A stretch of 64,000 nucleotides of DNA from Trypanosoma brucei. Its lineage: Eukaryota. Below, in pieces: positions 52,682-63,991 of the stretch; position 1 is the first letter of the stretch; each line of letters begins with the position of its first letter. The notes under the pieces are model-generated. The model was not told where the DNA came from and ran no database searches. It was given only the letters and a program-made list of their open reading frames with translations. Made by a program: the position numbers and the translations under genes. The DNA lies in contig CH464491.1 in NCBI GenBank assembly GCA_000002445.1, forward strand, positions 4,192,001 through 4,256,000. The letters run 5' to 3'.

Positions 52682-55600
52682 TCACGCAAGTTCCATTTCC
52701 ATTGCATGGTTAATTGCTATCATGAGCTTTTCTTTAAATAGCTTGTACGTATCATACGGAGGAATTGTCACAAGTGATGTGCACGATTGAGCCCGTGGTA
52801 GATGATCAATGCTCTCCGTTCCTTGTAGAACTCTGATTTTAGCAGCGAGGGGAGGCCGCTTTTGACCGCAGCCAAAACAAAGGAAAGAGGAGCGCTGACA
52901 AGGACTAAAATCGTCCATGACGCGCCAAAAAATTCTTTTGCTGCGCGGCGGAAGTTGTACTTCGAGCCACTGCCTCATCACTTCAGGCGTTATGTCGGGC
53001 TCACCGCACACCATTCGCTCCAGCTCCCTCCACGAAACACAGCGAACGACTCGCCTCGGTAAAACTGCCCAAAGGCCTGTGCGAATAGCGCTTAACTGAG
53101 CGTCTAGTGAGTGAAGCAGACAACTCTCCGCGACCCGACGGTAGTGAGCCACTTGGGATTCTCCGGTCATTGTTGCGTTGCTAAAAGCAGCGGAAAGGCC
53201 CTTGGAAAAGTTTGGTATGATTTCCTCGGCCGCTGTGCTGAGGAGAAAATCTCCATCCCCCACGATCTTCTCCGCCGCATTATCGACGTAAAGATAATAA
53301 TCCCTCACCATAAGTACATCTCCGACCATATACTTCCACAGAAAGGGTGAAAAATCCAAGGAAACTGGTGATTTGGCTACAATGCAGTGAGCCATTATTT
53401 TTCCGAGTAAATTGAAAAGTGCAAGGCTGTGTGCTGAGTTGGCGGAGCTGTTGGGTACTAACCCGACCCTTTGAGAATGTTCCGGGTAGTGGAAAAGTGG
53501 ACTCCGGTTGAAGGAGGTGTTCGGATAACACATGTCTGGATGGGTCATGATCTCCTCACTAAGGAAAGTCCACAACTGTCTATACGGGCCTCCAAGATCT
53601 TGAGGTGAGTGTCCACTGTGAGTGATGTGCAGCTGCACTTTGAAGAGTGGGTGCTGCCTAAACATCCTGGGCTTGAATGAGCCAATCTGTTTATATATTT
53701 GAGACAGTATGGAGCAGTGGAGAACCGCCTCGGCCGTTCGTGGGAGATCGCAGTACAGCTCTGTTACGTGCACTGTTATGCCCTGGGGCATGTCATTTAT
53801 CTCCACCTGTGGAATGGCCACTAAATACCGCCTCGTGAACGGGCGCCGAACAATACATTTCAGCATAAGAAAGGCCTCAGGCAAACACCCAACGACAACG
53901 TCATCGTCCAAGTTAATGAAACGACGAGCGGTTGCCATGCAGCTCTCAGCAACACGAATAACCTTTGTGTGAAGCATCCTTTCCGTGTCAGTAAGCGCCA
54001 TGATCATCGGGTAGCGCAGGAGAGGCCCCCTTTCATGCACACCAGGCTCGCAGTGGAACGGAGAGACACCGCTCGCACTAATCTCAGTTACCCTTGATGG
54101 CTTGGCCTCCTCCAAATCTGAGAGATATGATGCCAGTTGTTCATAGAACGAAATGGGCATGTACGGCAGGACGCTTTTTCCTTGGGAAGCGGCATCACCC
54201 CAACCTCGTACCCTGACGCAGGCAAAACGCCCAGCCAAGTCCGAGTAGTCACCGGGTAGGTAATGAAACTCATTGACATTCAAAGAGATCCGCATGCCGT
54301 CGTTCGTGCCAGCAGACACGAAGGCATATAATGGCCCATCTCCGCGTCCAACAGGGATAGGTACAAACGGTCCACGAATTCCGTCAACGGACCATGCCAC
54401 CACCCCCTTGTCATTGTCCAGAAGGCAACCAATCGTACACTTTGGCGACACTTCCTTTTCTGGTTTGTACTCTTCCTTTCTGTCATGGCACAAGAGTTCA
54501 TTCCCCGTAAATCCAAAACTGTATGCGTCACTTCCAATGGGTTGGTCAGGAATATGACTGTGTTGTTTCGCCCCCCAACCGACGACAAATGGCACCGAGA
54601 GTTTCTCTGGCAATGTAACTTCATAATAGTACTTTCCCCGAGAGGCCACAGCGCATCGGCTCACGACCTTTCCCACAACGAGAGAGCCACCTTCAAACTC
54701 CCCGAATAAACAGACCGCCTCAACAACCGCCGCATGAAGCATGCCATCGTGCTCATCGCTAATGTCTACAGCCTTTGGCAGCTGGCACCCCTCACGAAAC
54801 GCCTGGGCCAAATCCAGTAGGCACCGCAGTGGTGCCAAAGGAATATGGCGGACAGTGCTAGCGAGGAGTGACTCCGGGAGAAACATCACAAGCTCCACTC
54901 CCGCGGCAACATCCTCCGGAATCTCCGAGTAATCCGAGCCGTCCAAGGCATATTGGTCAACCCACCTCACCAGCATGGATAACAACTGAAGAAGAACGCC
55001 ATCGTGTCCCTCGCCGTAGCACCTAACAAGGCTGATAATGCATCCCAGAAGGTGTTGCCGGTACCTTCGGCAGCAGCGATGTGTTGCCGACACGATGGCG
55101 TGAAACGAATCCCAAAGAAGCGATGGGAAAGGTACCACGATTTCAGGGCGCAGTAAAACATATTTAGTGACGAGATGCGATAAAGTGACACAATCCCATG
55201 GCTTTGTTGAGGGTTCTGAAATGGTCCGCAACGCTCCACACAAAAACCTTTGCAACAGCGCTCCATCTGCACAAGTAGCAAACAGTTTCTCCGCCATAGG
55301 ACTGGAGTGGTAAAGCACCACTGCTTGAACGTCGTCCCCACCAGCGCCGAGAAAGGAAAGATAGATGTGACGGGAAAGCAGCACCACAAGCCGGTGTAGC
55401 GCCGACCCAACACCGCGTTTATACGACTTTTCCACCCCCGCTAGCGTATTTGTCGGGGGTTCAGTGGGGTCCCTCAAACCAGGAAGAGGTTCAACGTGAG
55501 CCAAGTCAGACAATGGAGGTATTCGCACCGTGTCGCAGCGGAAGGAACGCAACACAAATGCACTAGCACTTCCTTCTCTTGGCTTCCACTGCCCCGAAAC

Positions 55601-58600
55601 CCTCAGACCACTGGCGTCTACGGTACCCTCCGCAATTACAATTCCAACGGAACGCTTTCCACTTGCAAGGACGGACCCGACTTCTTCCGCAACTTCCTCA
55701 AATGAGGAGTGACACCCTCTCATTAGAAGGCGAGTGACACAATAAACAGTTTGAAGAGGAGCAGTAAACAGTAGAAGGAATAAAGATCGGCTGCTGCGCC
55801 TAAACTTTCCCAACGCGGTGTATTTCATAGTACCGGTAGGAAGGTTAACGTAAGCTTCGCCCATGCAGTTTGCCTTCAACTGCAAAGAAATTGTGCCGCG
55901 GACTCCACCAGCAGCGCTAATTTCTCCTTCCCACACACCTTCTATTGTCATTCTCTTCATGGGATTGTTGAGACACGTCACCCGCAGCCCATGCTCAAAA
56001 AGGCTGCAAGGCAATCCACTGCTTGATGTCCACCACACATTCCCGGCACATTGTTTCACTGGAATGCAATCCAGCGTACTGAGTGAAACTCTTGAATGCG
56101 GTGCGTGAATCTTCACGCCCTCAAATACATCTGCAGTATTCTGTTTAACGACGCGAAAGATTTCCCCTCTGTGCACTCCACCAATTGCACAAACCAACAT
56201 GTTGTACTTCACTGCGCAAAACCATGAATTACACAGAGATGAAGGTACAAAACCATCGAGGCGCTTATCGCCCAACTCAGCCAGGTATGTGCAACTTTCT
56301 GTGGCCATCACAGCATCCTGTAGGTCAGAAAAGAATTTCGCCTGAACATCGTTGCTTATTTCCACTGCTGCCAAGTGTCTCAGAATATCCACAAGTGCCG
56401 TACGGTGTGGGAGAACAACGGAGGAAAGGTCCTTGTTGTCGCACAACCCCTTTAGAATCAGCAAAAATCGGGATATCGCAAAGCCCTCTGCCACTGTTGG
56501 GCCACACTTTTCCAGGTTGCAGTTAAGCTCCCGTTCCTCAGATACCACACCATACGGATCAACCAACAGCTGTGAAAAAGGGACATGCCGAACTGCACCC
56601 CCTGCCGGAACATACAAAACCGCTTCATCACGATCAACAGCCACAACCCTGCCCTGAAGAAGCTCTCCGTTATCAAAGGTATATACAAGCACACCCACCA
56701 TTGGGGAGTCTGTACATGGTACAAGCGGGACGCGGCAGTGCTCTGGCCTAAGCAACTTTACCCCACCGCTACACGACACACTCACAACGCCATCAGTAAC
56801 GTCATCCACAACTCCTTGAATTGTTCCACCACATTCTGGCAAGACGGAGGCTGTAATGTCCTTCTGTCCGAAGAGTACGAACCCTACAAGGTTAGGCTTT
56901 GATGAGCTCACATCAAGTGAGGCAATATCGCAAGACCCAAGCGTCGACCAATCACGTGCTATCACCACTTCACCACACTGGAAATCTGCTTCAACAGTGA
57001 TTGTCGAACTGTTTTGGAAGCCCCCTACAGAACGAGCAGAAAATCTTACTGCCTGATTCAGCGTCGAGTCGTTGCAGAGAGCCACAATTCCTGGTGTCCC
57101 CGAAACCAACTTCCCTCGAAGCGACACTGGGGAGACACCGAGTACTTCCGAGGCCTCACCAATACCAATGAACGTAGGTACAACGGGGTCCAGCGGCTCT
57201 CCATCGGTTGTATTAATCGTGACGGTGAAAACCGCCCGATGCTTATACGCAATCCCCCATACTGTCAGAGCGTTGATTCCAGACGAAACCGCAACGCAAT
57301 GCATCCGTCTTTCATCGACACAGCATCCCTCACTTTTAAGGTAAAAGGCGCATACAGCAGGAATGGCTACACTCATTCCCACATCTAGTTTGCTTGGAGG
57401 GGTATTGTTGCTTACCAGCAAGTTGGATCCCATCTCGGTAAAAGGATGGTGCGAGTGGGCGCAGAGCATAAAGCAGGACCTGCAAAGTTGATAGTCGACG
57501 CATTCATTGCACTTGTACCATTTCAACTGATTCATGTCAGTTGTCAGCTTCATCACAGGGCAGGAGTCACATCTTTTCTTGAATTTTGCCAGAGACAGCG
57601 AAAAATGTGGCAGCTGCGTGGTTGTGCGCGCTACCTCCTCATTGTTCCGTGAAGGTAAAATAACGGCCACAGCGTCTGTATTGTAGAGATGAACGAAAGG
57701 GAATAACTCCTCGCCCGCAGGGACCTCGTCGTAGATCAATCCCAAAGGAGTTTCCTCCTGATTCACACCTTTGCGGTACGCATGAATGGTCCCTTCGTCC
57801 CGGTTAACATCAAGACGAACGATATCACCGCTGACAATGATGCAGTTAGGCTCCGCTATAGTACGAAATTTTGCATTGGTGCAGAGGTGAGGTAAACGCC
57901 ACGGTGCAACATCCATATCGTGCAGCGCCCACGCCTCCGGGCTTCCCAATGTGAGGTCACGCCGTCTCCAACCAAAGGAAGCGTTGCAAACACCAACGTA
58001 ATATCCTCCACCCAATATTTGTCCTACCTTTCCTCGGAGAAGTTGAAAGCGCAAGCTGAACTGACCTTTAAGTGGGACTGACGGCTCTGCGATTGCAATG
58101 AAGGGGGCTGACGAACCCTTCGTGTCGTTCAAAACTGTCGCCAAACTACCGCAGAAGTACGGCGGGAAACGGAAGCAAGGATTAGATAGGGCCGACGAAA
58201 AAGTATGACCGCAAGGAATACGTGACGGCTCTAGTAAAGTAGTATCTCGTACAAGTCGTTGAATACGATAGAAATGCATCGCGCGGACACTGAAAAGCGA
58301 CCGATTCCATAGCTCTTTCTCCTCCTCAAGGATGCGCTCCCGCTGCCGCACTTCGGTTAAAGAAAGCGCCTGTGTCGTAACCAATGGTGTAACAAGGCGC
58401 CTGAGAGCACCAACCAGGGCGTTAACACATTGACGCAATCCCCCTAGTGAGTGACCAGGCTGCTCCCAACGCAGCGCGGTGTGCATGAAACGGCTATTGT
58501 GTGGACGAAGATTGCCGAGGTGCTCGCAGAACGTGACACCTTCACAAGAAACGCTGGCAAAATGGCTCATAAGCCGGCGGCACGACACAACCGCCACCTC

Positions 58601-61600
58601 ACCATCGTGCCCACAAATCTCGAAGAGACGCGGATCTGCCACACCCCCAAACAATGCCAACGTGACAAAAGGAGTGACGCAATCATTGAGCTCACCGCAT
58701 ACGGCATCAACAACGCATTGCTCAAAGGGCTTCAGCGTTATCATACTCCGCAGCACATCGGTGGCTGCAGCCCTGAGAAGAGTGACGGGGGATATAGGTG
58801 ACATCATCTCGCCTGACCCAATAAACGCGGAGGCATCGTCGTTGTAAAGCTGCACGAAGGGAACCAAATCGATATCCGATGGAACATTGACGAAGAGTGT
58901 CTGGACGAAAGCATTCTCGCGGTAAAATTCCAGTTCCCGTTTCTCCCGCCGGACACGCACACGAATCGACTCCACACTCCCAAAGGACCGCTGAAAAGTA
59001 TTGGGCGCCACGTGCGGGTTCGTTGCGTGCTGCAGCTGCGGTGACATATCGTGGAGGGCCCATACAAGAGGCGGGTTTAAAGATTTCCATCCTTGTGCGG
59101 TGCTCGTGGAAATCGGAAACGGGAGATGCGCAGCAGCAACACCAACATAGTACCCCCCTTTCAGTGAACTACCAAGTGGATATCCTCTCCGGCAAATACG
59201 TACGGTAAACGAGGTGTCGCCGACCCTCGGCAGAACATTTCCCAGCACAACGCTCCGCTGCGCGCCCGAGCGCATCTGTGCCAGCTGTGCATGCGCAATC
59301 GTGACACATCGAGTATCGCACTTCAACCAGCGCAAAGAGAGGGGAATATGTTTGCGCTTACGGTCTCGAGCATTTGCATGCACGAAGAGCATATTTACAA
59401 GTTGATGCACGACACCAGTATCGTGGACATGGCTGATATGGGGAACAAGCTCCGCCAACAGTCCAACGGTTGCGAGCTGAACTGAATGCAAGGATGGTGA
59501 CATCAGAACGCGTACTGTGCTTAACAGCATTTCCTCCAGTGCTTCCGGAAGGGGACGGACCCTCACGATCCGCACAACGAAACGTAAAGTAGCAATATGC
59601 CGAAGAACTGACCACTCCGCAAATGGAGGAAGGCCGTCAGCAGCAAAGTAAGACCCAGAACTGTCTCGTATCTTGGCACCATCCTGTGTCACGAAAGACA
59701 TTACATTACCCAGGTGCCGACAAACAGCGTCACAGCATTGAACCCAAAACGGCGTCATGCATGGATTAAAGTTGCATTGCAACGTAGAAGAGTGAGTGGT
59801 GATGTAGTGTAGAGCAACCTCCGAAGCGAAGGCGATGCTGTAGTGCGTTGGGACGTCAGCGAAACCGGGAGAGGCCCAAAGTCGGTTTAGGTCATAACGG
59901 AATGGTCGAAGCCCAAAGTTAACGGTAAACCCCACACGCTTCTTGTCGCCCATACGAATGGTTGGATAGAGGGAATCCTCTCCACCCTTGATACCACCGG
60001 CAAAAGACATAAAGGTACCGTTGAGAGTAAAGAAAACACGACGGGTGAATCGGACAATACCGCAGCCGACCGTGTCGCCATAACCGAAGGGTGGAAGCTT
60101 AATAATGTGTGTCAAGCCAGAATCCTTGTAGAAATACACGGATTCATCAGGTCGGTCCACACAACTGTGACAGTTGCTGATGCAGACCATGAAACTGCAG
60201 CACGAAGTTGAAAGTTCCACCTCGTAGTACAGCACCGGTGGGACATCGGTTAAATGGGGAGTGAGAGGTGGGATGCTCCACGCCTCATCCGCTCGCAGTA
60301 CGAGTGGGGGCGAGCCGGCAGCTTTCTCGACCAGCACGCCCCTATCACACAAAGAAACACTAAGGTTAGGTATGACAACAGAGAATCCGTTTGAAGCAAG
60401 ACGCCTGTCGTACACTTGATCAGCCGGGGCTAACACCCCGCCTAATACCGGGTGGCAGCTCCTCAAACTGGCAGTAGAGTTACGCTTCCATCGCGTCTGC
60501 GCTCGCCATGTCGCTGGTAGCCTACAAACTGGCATGTGTATCGACTCCGCGAGGCGAATGAGAATGTTAAGCACCTCAGGCGCTGATGCTCTACTAAACA
60601 ATTCGCAGTCCGTGGGGTCCCACGGGTGACACATGATGCTCAGTAGCTGAATGGTCAAGGACCCTTGAAGGGCCAGCGTCGTTGTTGCGACTTCTGAAGA
60701 CATGTACACAGGGAGACTGTTGATGAGAATGCATCGGCACTTCCTCAACACGTCATAGAATGCCACACGCACACGAGACTCCAAATCCACTCCAGAGCCA
60801 GTGAAATTTTCTAGAATATGCTTCCCTTTGGCTCCTTCATATACGGAAAAGACAACGTCAAGGATCTTTCGGACTGTGCGCGGCTCATATTCTACCGCCG
60901 GCTGTGATAGTAGCGTAGAAAGTATATGAAACCCCCGAGCAACGTTTAATGCGGCAACCGTTTGCTCCACCAAAATGTCTTCAAGTTCGTCATGCGTACC
61001 GCCCTGCTCAACGAAATCGCGTAACTGGCTCAGAAGCTTCCGGGCGCCCTTCATCTCCTCTGGTTCTTTTTGATCTGGTGTCATGCTGTCACTATGAGCA
61101 ACCTCGTCGCACGGCGGTACCGCAGCCTCGCCTTCTCGTTCCTGTGGCGGATACGGCACAAACCTTGCTTGAAGTGGCAACACGTCGCTTTGGCACGCAA
61201 TACAGCGAACTGCCCAGTCGGCAAAATCCACAATCGACCGACGTGTTGCGTCCTTCTCAACTCCCTGAAGCAGATTCCCCCATTCCAAGGAGAACCCGCG
61301 CGACTCTAACTCTGCCTCTGCTTCATGTGGTTCCATGCCGCAATGTATAAGAAGCGCCAGAAGTGCCGAAACAACAGGCCGCATCGACAGGTTGACCTTA
61401 CCTTGCACACTTTGCCAGACCTTATCTGATAGTGTTTTTCCAGCACCCCTAGCGCCAAGGATATCCGACGCGATACCCAAACCCCCTTTTCGGCCAGGAA
61501 CATACAACTGATGCTTTGATAGAGCTTCGCTGTTGAGCCCGTGATGGAACAGCGGCGCGAGAGGAAATGCACGTGGCCTAGGAAAAACCACCAAGTGCTT

Positions 61601-63991
61601 TGCGACCGCTGTGAAGAGATTGAAGACACACTCACGGAATATGGCTCCCCAACTGCAGCCCACGGGTAAATCGTAGTTGCTAGCGATAGTAAATGAGGCT
61701 TCACCCGTTCCGAAAAACACCAAAGGCAGTCCGGAAATTTCAAAGAAGGGGTATTCATTGCTTAACACAAACGATATTGGGTCCGCGACACTGGTATCAG
61801 TTGCAACGACATGCACATCAGATGTGGACGCCCACCAGGAGATTACCACGGACTTTGCCCTCTTGTAGTCCAGTGCGAGCACAAACGGTGCGTCATCCGA
61901 TCTGGGTACCACATCATATTCCTGCCGCGCCTCAAATCTGACAGTATTCACATCTGCCCCACCCACAACTGGGGCCGACTCCACCAAAGCCAGCAGAGTC
62001 TTCTCGATATCTGGAGTAACCGCTGCAGGGCACAGCACAGACACACTGATCAGCAGAGGAAAGAGACCCGTGTGAACCTCGGTTTCTTGTAGGCTGTCAC
62101 GCCACCCACGGCTTTGGAGGAGCTTCCCCGCGTGCCTCACGTAGAGCTCCAAGAGCTGCGAAACGATTTTACCTTGCCCGTGGCTGTGCAGTAGCTGCAC
62201 TGAAATTATTGAAAACCACCACATGAGATGAGTGACTTTGCGACCACACGGTACATCATGTCTTTCCAATTCACATCGCCGGAGAAGGGAAGCAGTCATC
62301 GATATTATTTGTGAGGGAGCATCATTAACCACAGAAGAAAGAACAAATAAAAGGGAATCCTTTTGCATACAGGTGTAAAGTACATCAGCCGATTGAATGT
62401 CATCAGCGTTAAGCAAAACGCCGACTCGGTCCGAAACCGTCAGCAACGGGCCTCCGTCTGCGTTGAAGAGAGATGAAGCCACATCCTGAATCAAGTTCTT
62501 AGGAAGCCATCCCATCACTTTTTTGCAACAGCATTGCAGAGAAATAACAACAGATGAAAGGGGTGATTTTGCTCCTTCAACGGCAAACCGCTCCAAATAT
62601 ACGGTTCCCATCGTCGCAAGAGCGAGTAGCTTTACGCTCTTTGTCGTTGGCGTGGCGTTGCGTAGTCTGGTGACAATGTATTGAAGGTCGCCTGATCGAG
62701 CAGCATTTATTTCCTCAGGGATTCGAATAATACCCACCCCGTTGATGTAAACCCTTTTAAGAATTTCGTTGCAAACCCATGCTACGGAACCCCTATGCGC
62801 ACCAGTTAGAGCAATGCAACTTACGTTTAACTGGTGCTCTCGCCTTGCGGCAGTGGAGATTGGTGTCATCGAAAATGTGGAGAGCCGCCGCTTGAAGGTA
62901 TAGAGCGAAGACTCATCGCGCGAAAGGAAGTAGCGCGTCTCCGCGTGGCTCGCAGAGCAACGGTACACACGGGTAATGGTGTTGCAACCTTTCAGGACCT
63001 GAGCTACGACCTCGTCGCCGCCTCTGCATGATGAGGGGAAGACGAGGAGGGACTGGTAGTCGCTCACAATAACTCTAGCACTCAGAAATTGTTCTTGGGG
63101 CAGAAAAATATCGTGCTCATACGGTTCTGTGGGTGAACAAGGACAGCAAACGACACTGTCCCATATAAAGTTCTCTTCCAGCAACGTGAACCCTCGTGCG
63201 GTGACTAGCTCCTTCACCCATATCCCCTCACCTTCATCAAGGGGAAAGCAAAACAGCATTCCAGCGGTCGATTCCACTGCTCGCGTGGTTGAAAACCTGT
63301 TGATTGAGTGCTGGCAGCACTCGTCACCACCCCACACCGCGAGCGAAGATACGTGTCCTACACCGTCAAGCACAGTGACGGTGGCGATTTTGACTACCGC
63401 GAGGCTTGCTGCACGTACACCATGCAGCTCCACCGAAGTGTCATCCACGCACAAGGCCCATAACCCCCTCTCCCACTTGCAGCTCACAAAGTGCCAAGGA
63501 ACGTCGCTGGGAATCGCACCGAAGCAAGTGCATGTTCCCTGGGCCATCCTTATAACCCCATCCGCCAAACTTACGGTGAAAATCATCTCGTGTGCTCTTA
63601 TTTCAACGAGAACCCCGGAGAAGTCGCTGTGCACGTGACTGCATATGACAAGGAAGTCTACTTCAGAAGAAGCACCGTTTTCCAGCACATCCAACACGAT
63701 TTTACTTTTTTCCAAGAGAAAAAGTGAGCTGCTCCTACCACTAGGTAGTTTGGGGGCAAATAGAAACTCCAGTTTGTCATCAGCTACATATGTCGGGATT
63801 GCCGGGCGATCCGTTTCGCTCTCGTCCACGTACTCCAGCGAGGCATTTAGTACCACGTGGCGACGGCCAGCCCGCGTTGTGAGTATGAGAGATGAAAAGG
63901 TAGATGAGAACTGCATAAACCAAAGTGTCTCCACCAATTCGGCATTTTGTGACCGTGCAACTAACCTTCCACCGTCGACTTTCAGTAACAT
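52682..63991 (-). CDS. Giant HECT-domain E3 ubiquitin ligase with ZZ zinc finger and three SPRY (B30.2) domains; >=3769 aa, N-terminus probably beyond the window edge
   Basis: C-terminus ...LPRAQSCTSLVTIPPYDTYKLFKEKLMIAINHAMEMELA matches the HECT C-lobe end (LP.AHTC.N.L.LP.Y.S.E.L..KL..AI) with the catalytic Cys. ZZ finger CDSCPVMKLTTDMNQLKWYKCNECVDYQLCRSCF..CAHSHHP is encoded at about 57455-57590. SPRY-like cores GGYYVGV...W(A)LHDM are at about 59040-59160 and 57895-58020. GKYYYEVTLPEKLSVPFVVGWG is at about 54565-54650. The frame stays open from the first in-window Met (63991) to the window end. Confidence 0.88.
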   Translation of the reverse strand: MLLKVDGGRLVARSQNAELVETLWFMQFSSTFSSLILTTRAGRRHVVLNASLEYVDESETDRPAIPTYVADDKLEFLFAPKLPSGRSSSLFLLEKSKIVLDVLENGASSEVDFLVICSHVHSDFSGVLVEIRAHEMIFTVSLADGVIRMAQGTCTCFGAIPSDVPWHFVSCKWERGLWALCVDDTSVELHGVRAASLAVVKIATVTVLDGVGHVSSLAVWGGDECCQHSINRFSTTRAVESTAGMLFCFPLDEGEGIWVKELVTARGFTLLEENFIWDSVVCCPCSPTEPYEHDIFLPQEQFLSARVIVSDYQSLLVFPSSCRGGDEVVAQVLKGCNTITRVYRCSASHAETRYFLSRDESSLYTFKRRLSTFSMTPISTAARREHQLNVSCIALTGAHRGSVAWVCNEILKRVYINGVGIIRIPEEINAARSGDLQYIVTRLRNATPTTKSVKLLALATMGTVYLERFAVEGAKSPLSSVVISLQCCCKKVMGWLPKNLIQDVASSLFNADGGPLLTVSDRVGVLLNADDIQSADVLYTCMQKDSLLFVLSSVVNDAPSQIISMTASLLRRCELERHDVPCGRKVTHLMWWFSIISVQLLHSHGQGKIVSQLLELYVRHAGKLLQSRGWRDSLQETEVHTGLFPLLISVSVLCPAAVTPDIEKTLLALVESAPVVGGADVNTVRFEARQEYDVVPRSDDAPFVLALDYKRAKSVVISWWASTSDVHVVATDTSVADPISFVLSNEYPFFEISGLPLVFFGTGEASFTIASNYDLPVGCSWGAIFRECVFNLFTAVAKHLVVFPRPRAFPLAPLFHHGLNSEALSKHQLYVPGRKGGLGIASDILGARGAGKTLSDKVWQSVQGKVNLSMRPVVSALLALLIHCGMEPHEAEAELESRGFSLEWGNLLQGVEKDATRRSIVDFADWAVRCIACQSDVLPLQARFVPYPPQEREGEAAVPPCDEVAHSDSMTPDQKEPEEMKGARKLLSQLRDFVEQGGTHDELEDILVEQTVAALNVARGFHILSTLLSQPAVEYEPRTVRKILDVVFSVYEGAKGKHILENFTGSGVDLESRVRVAFYDVLRKCRCILINSLPVYMSSEVATTTLALQGSLTIQLLSIMCHPWDPTDCELFSRASAPEVLNILIRLAESIHMPVCRLPATWRAQTRWKRNSTASLRSCHPVLGGVLAPADQVYDRRLASNGFSVVIPNLSVSLCDRGVLVEKAAGSPPLVLRADEAWSIPPLTPHLTDVPPVLYYEVELSTSCCSFMVCISNCHSCVDRPDESVYFYKDSGLTHIIKLPPFGYGDTVGCGIVRFTRRVFFTLNGTFMSFAGGIKGGEDSLYPTIRMGDKKRVGFTVNFGLRPFRYDLNRLWASPGFADVPTHYSIAFASEVALHYITTHSSTLQCNFNPCMTPFWVQCCDAVCRHLGNVMSFVTQDGAKIRDSSGSYFAADGLPPFAEWSVLRHIATLRFVVRIVRVRPLPEALEEMLLSTVRVLMSPSLHSVQLATVGLLAELVPHISHVHDTGVVHQLVNMLFVHANARDRKRKHIPLSLRWLKCDTRCVTIAHAQLAQMRSGAQRSVVLGNVLPRVGDTSFTVRICRRGYPLGSSLKGGYYVGVAAAHLPFPISTSTAQGWKSLNPPLVWALHDMSPQLQHATNPHVAPNTFQRSFGSVESIRVRVRREKRELEFYRENAFVQTLFVNVPSDIDLVPFVQLYNDDASAFIGSGEMMSPISPVTLLRAAATDVLRSMITLKPFEQCVVDAVCGELNDCVTPFVTLALFGGVADPRLFEICGHDGEVAVVSCRRLMSHFASVSCEGVTFCEHLGNLRPHNSRFMHTALRWEQPGHSLGGLRQCVNALVGALRRLVTPLVTTQALSLTEVRQRERILEEEKELWNRSLFSVRAMHFYRIQRLVRDTTLLEPSRIPCGHTFSSALSNPCFRFPPYFCGSLATVLNDTKGSSAPFIAIAEPSVPLKGQFSLRFQLLRGKVGQILGGGYYVGVCNASFGWRRRDLTLGSPEAWALHDMDVAPWRLPHLCTNAKFRTIAEPNCIIVSGDIVRLDVNRDEGTIHAYRKGVNQEETPLGLIYDEVPAGEELFPFVHLYNTDAVAVILPSRNNEEVARTTTQLPHFSLSLAKFKKRCDSCPVMKLTTDMNQLKWYKCNECVDYQLCRSCFMLCAHSHHPFTEMGSNLLVSNNTPPSKLDVGMSVAIPAVCAFYLKSEGCCVDERRMHCVAVSSGINALTVWGIAYKHRAVFTVTINTTDGEPLDPVVPTFIGIGEASEVLGVSPVSLRGKLVSGTPGIVALCNDSTLNQAVRFSARSVGGFQNSSTITVEADFQCGEVVIARDWSTLGSCDIASLDVSSSKPNLVGFVLFGQKDITASVLPECGGTIQGVVDDVTDGVVSVSCSGGVKLLRPEHCRVPLVPCTDSPMVGVLVYTFDNGELLQGRVVAVDRDEAVLYVPAGGAVRHVPFSQLLVDPYGVVSEERELNCNLEKCGPTVAEGFAISRFLLILKGLCDNKDLSSVVLPHRTALVDILRHLAAVEISNDVQAKFFSDLQDAVMATESCTYLAELGDKRLDGFVPSSLCNSWFCAVKYNMLVCAIGGVHRGEIFRVVKQNTADVFEGVKIHAPHSRVSLSTLDCIPVKQCAGNVWWTSSSGLPCSLFEHGLRVTCLNNPMKRMTIEGVWEGEISAAGGVRGTISLQLKANCMGEAYVNLPTGTMKYTALGKFRRSSRSLFLLLFTAPLQTVYCVTRLLMRGCHSSFEEVAEEVGSVLASGKRSVGIVIAEGTVDASGLRVSGQWKPREGSASAFVLRSFRCDTVRIPPLSDLAHVEPLPGLRDPTEPPTNTLAGVEKSYKRGVGSALHRLVVLLSRHIYLSFLGAGGDDVQAVVLYHSSPMAEKLFATCADGALLQRFLCGALRTISEPSTKPWDCVTLSHLVTKYVLLRPEIVVPFPSLLWDSFHAIVSATHRCCRRYRQHLLGCIISLVRCYGEGHDGVLLQLLSMLVRWVDQYALDGSDYSEIPEDVAAGVELVMFLPESLLASTVRHIPLAPLRCLLDLAQAFREGCQLPKAVDISDEHDGMLHAAVVEAVCLFGEFEGGSLVVGKVVSRCAVASRGKYYYEVTLPEKLSVPFVVGWGAKQHSHIPDQPIGSDAYSFGFTGNELLCHDRKEEYKPEKEVSPKCTIGCLLDNDKGVVAWSVDGIRGPFVPIPVGRGDGPLYAFVSAGTNDGMRISLNVNEFHYLPGDYSDLAGRFACVRVRGWGDAASQGKSVLPYMPISFYEQLASYLSDLEEAKPSRVTEISASGVSPFHCEPGVHERGPLLRYPMIMALTDTERMLHTKVIRVAESCMATARRFINLDDDVVVGCLPEAFLMLKCIVRRPFTRRYLVAIPQVEINDMPQGITVHVTELYCDLPRTAEAVLHCSILSQIYKQIGSFKPRMFRQHPLFKVQLHITHSGHSPQDLGGPYRQLWTFLSEEIMTHPDMCYPNTSFNRSPLFHYPEHSQRVGLVPNSSANSAHSLALFNLLGKIMAHCIVAKSPVSLDFSPFLWKYMVGDVLMVRDYYLYVDNAAEKIVGDGDFLLSTAAEEIIPNFSKGLSAAFSNATMTGESQVAHYRRVAESCLLHSLDAQLSAIRTGLWAVLPRRVVRCVSWRELERMVCGEPDITPEVMRQWLEVQLPPRSKRIFWRVMDDFSPCQRSSFLCFGCGQKRPPLAAKIRVLQGTESIDHLPRAQSCTSLVTIPPYDTYKLFKEKLMIAINHAMEMELA

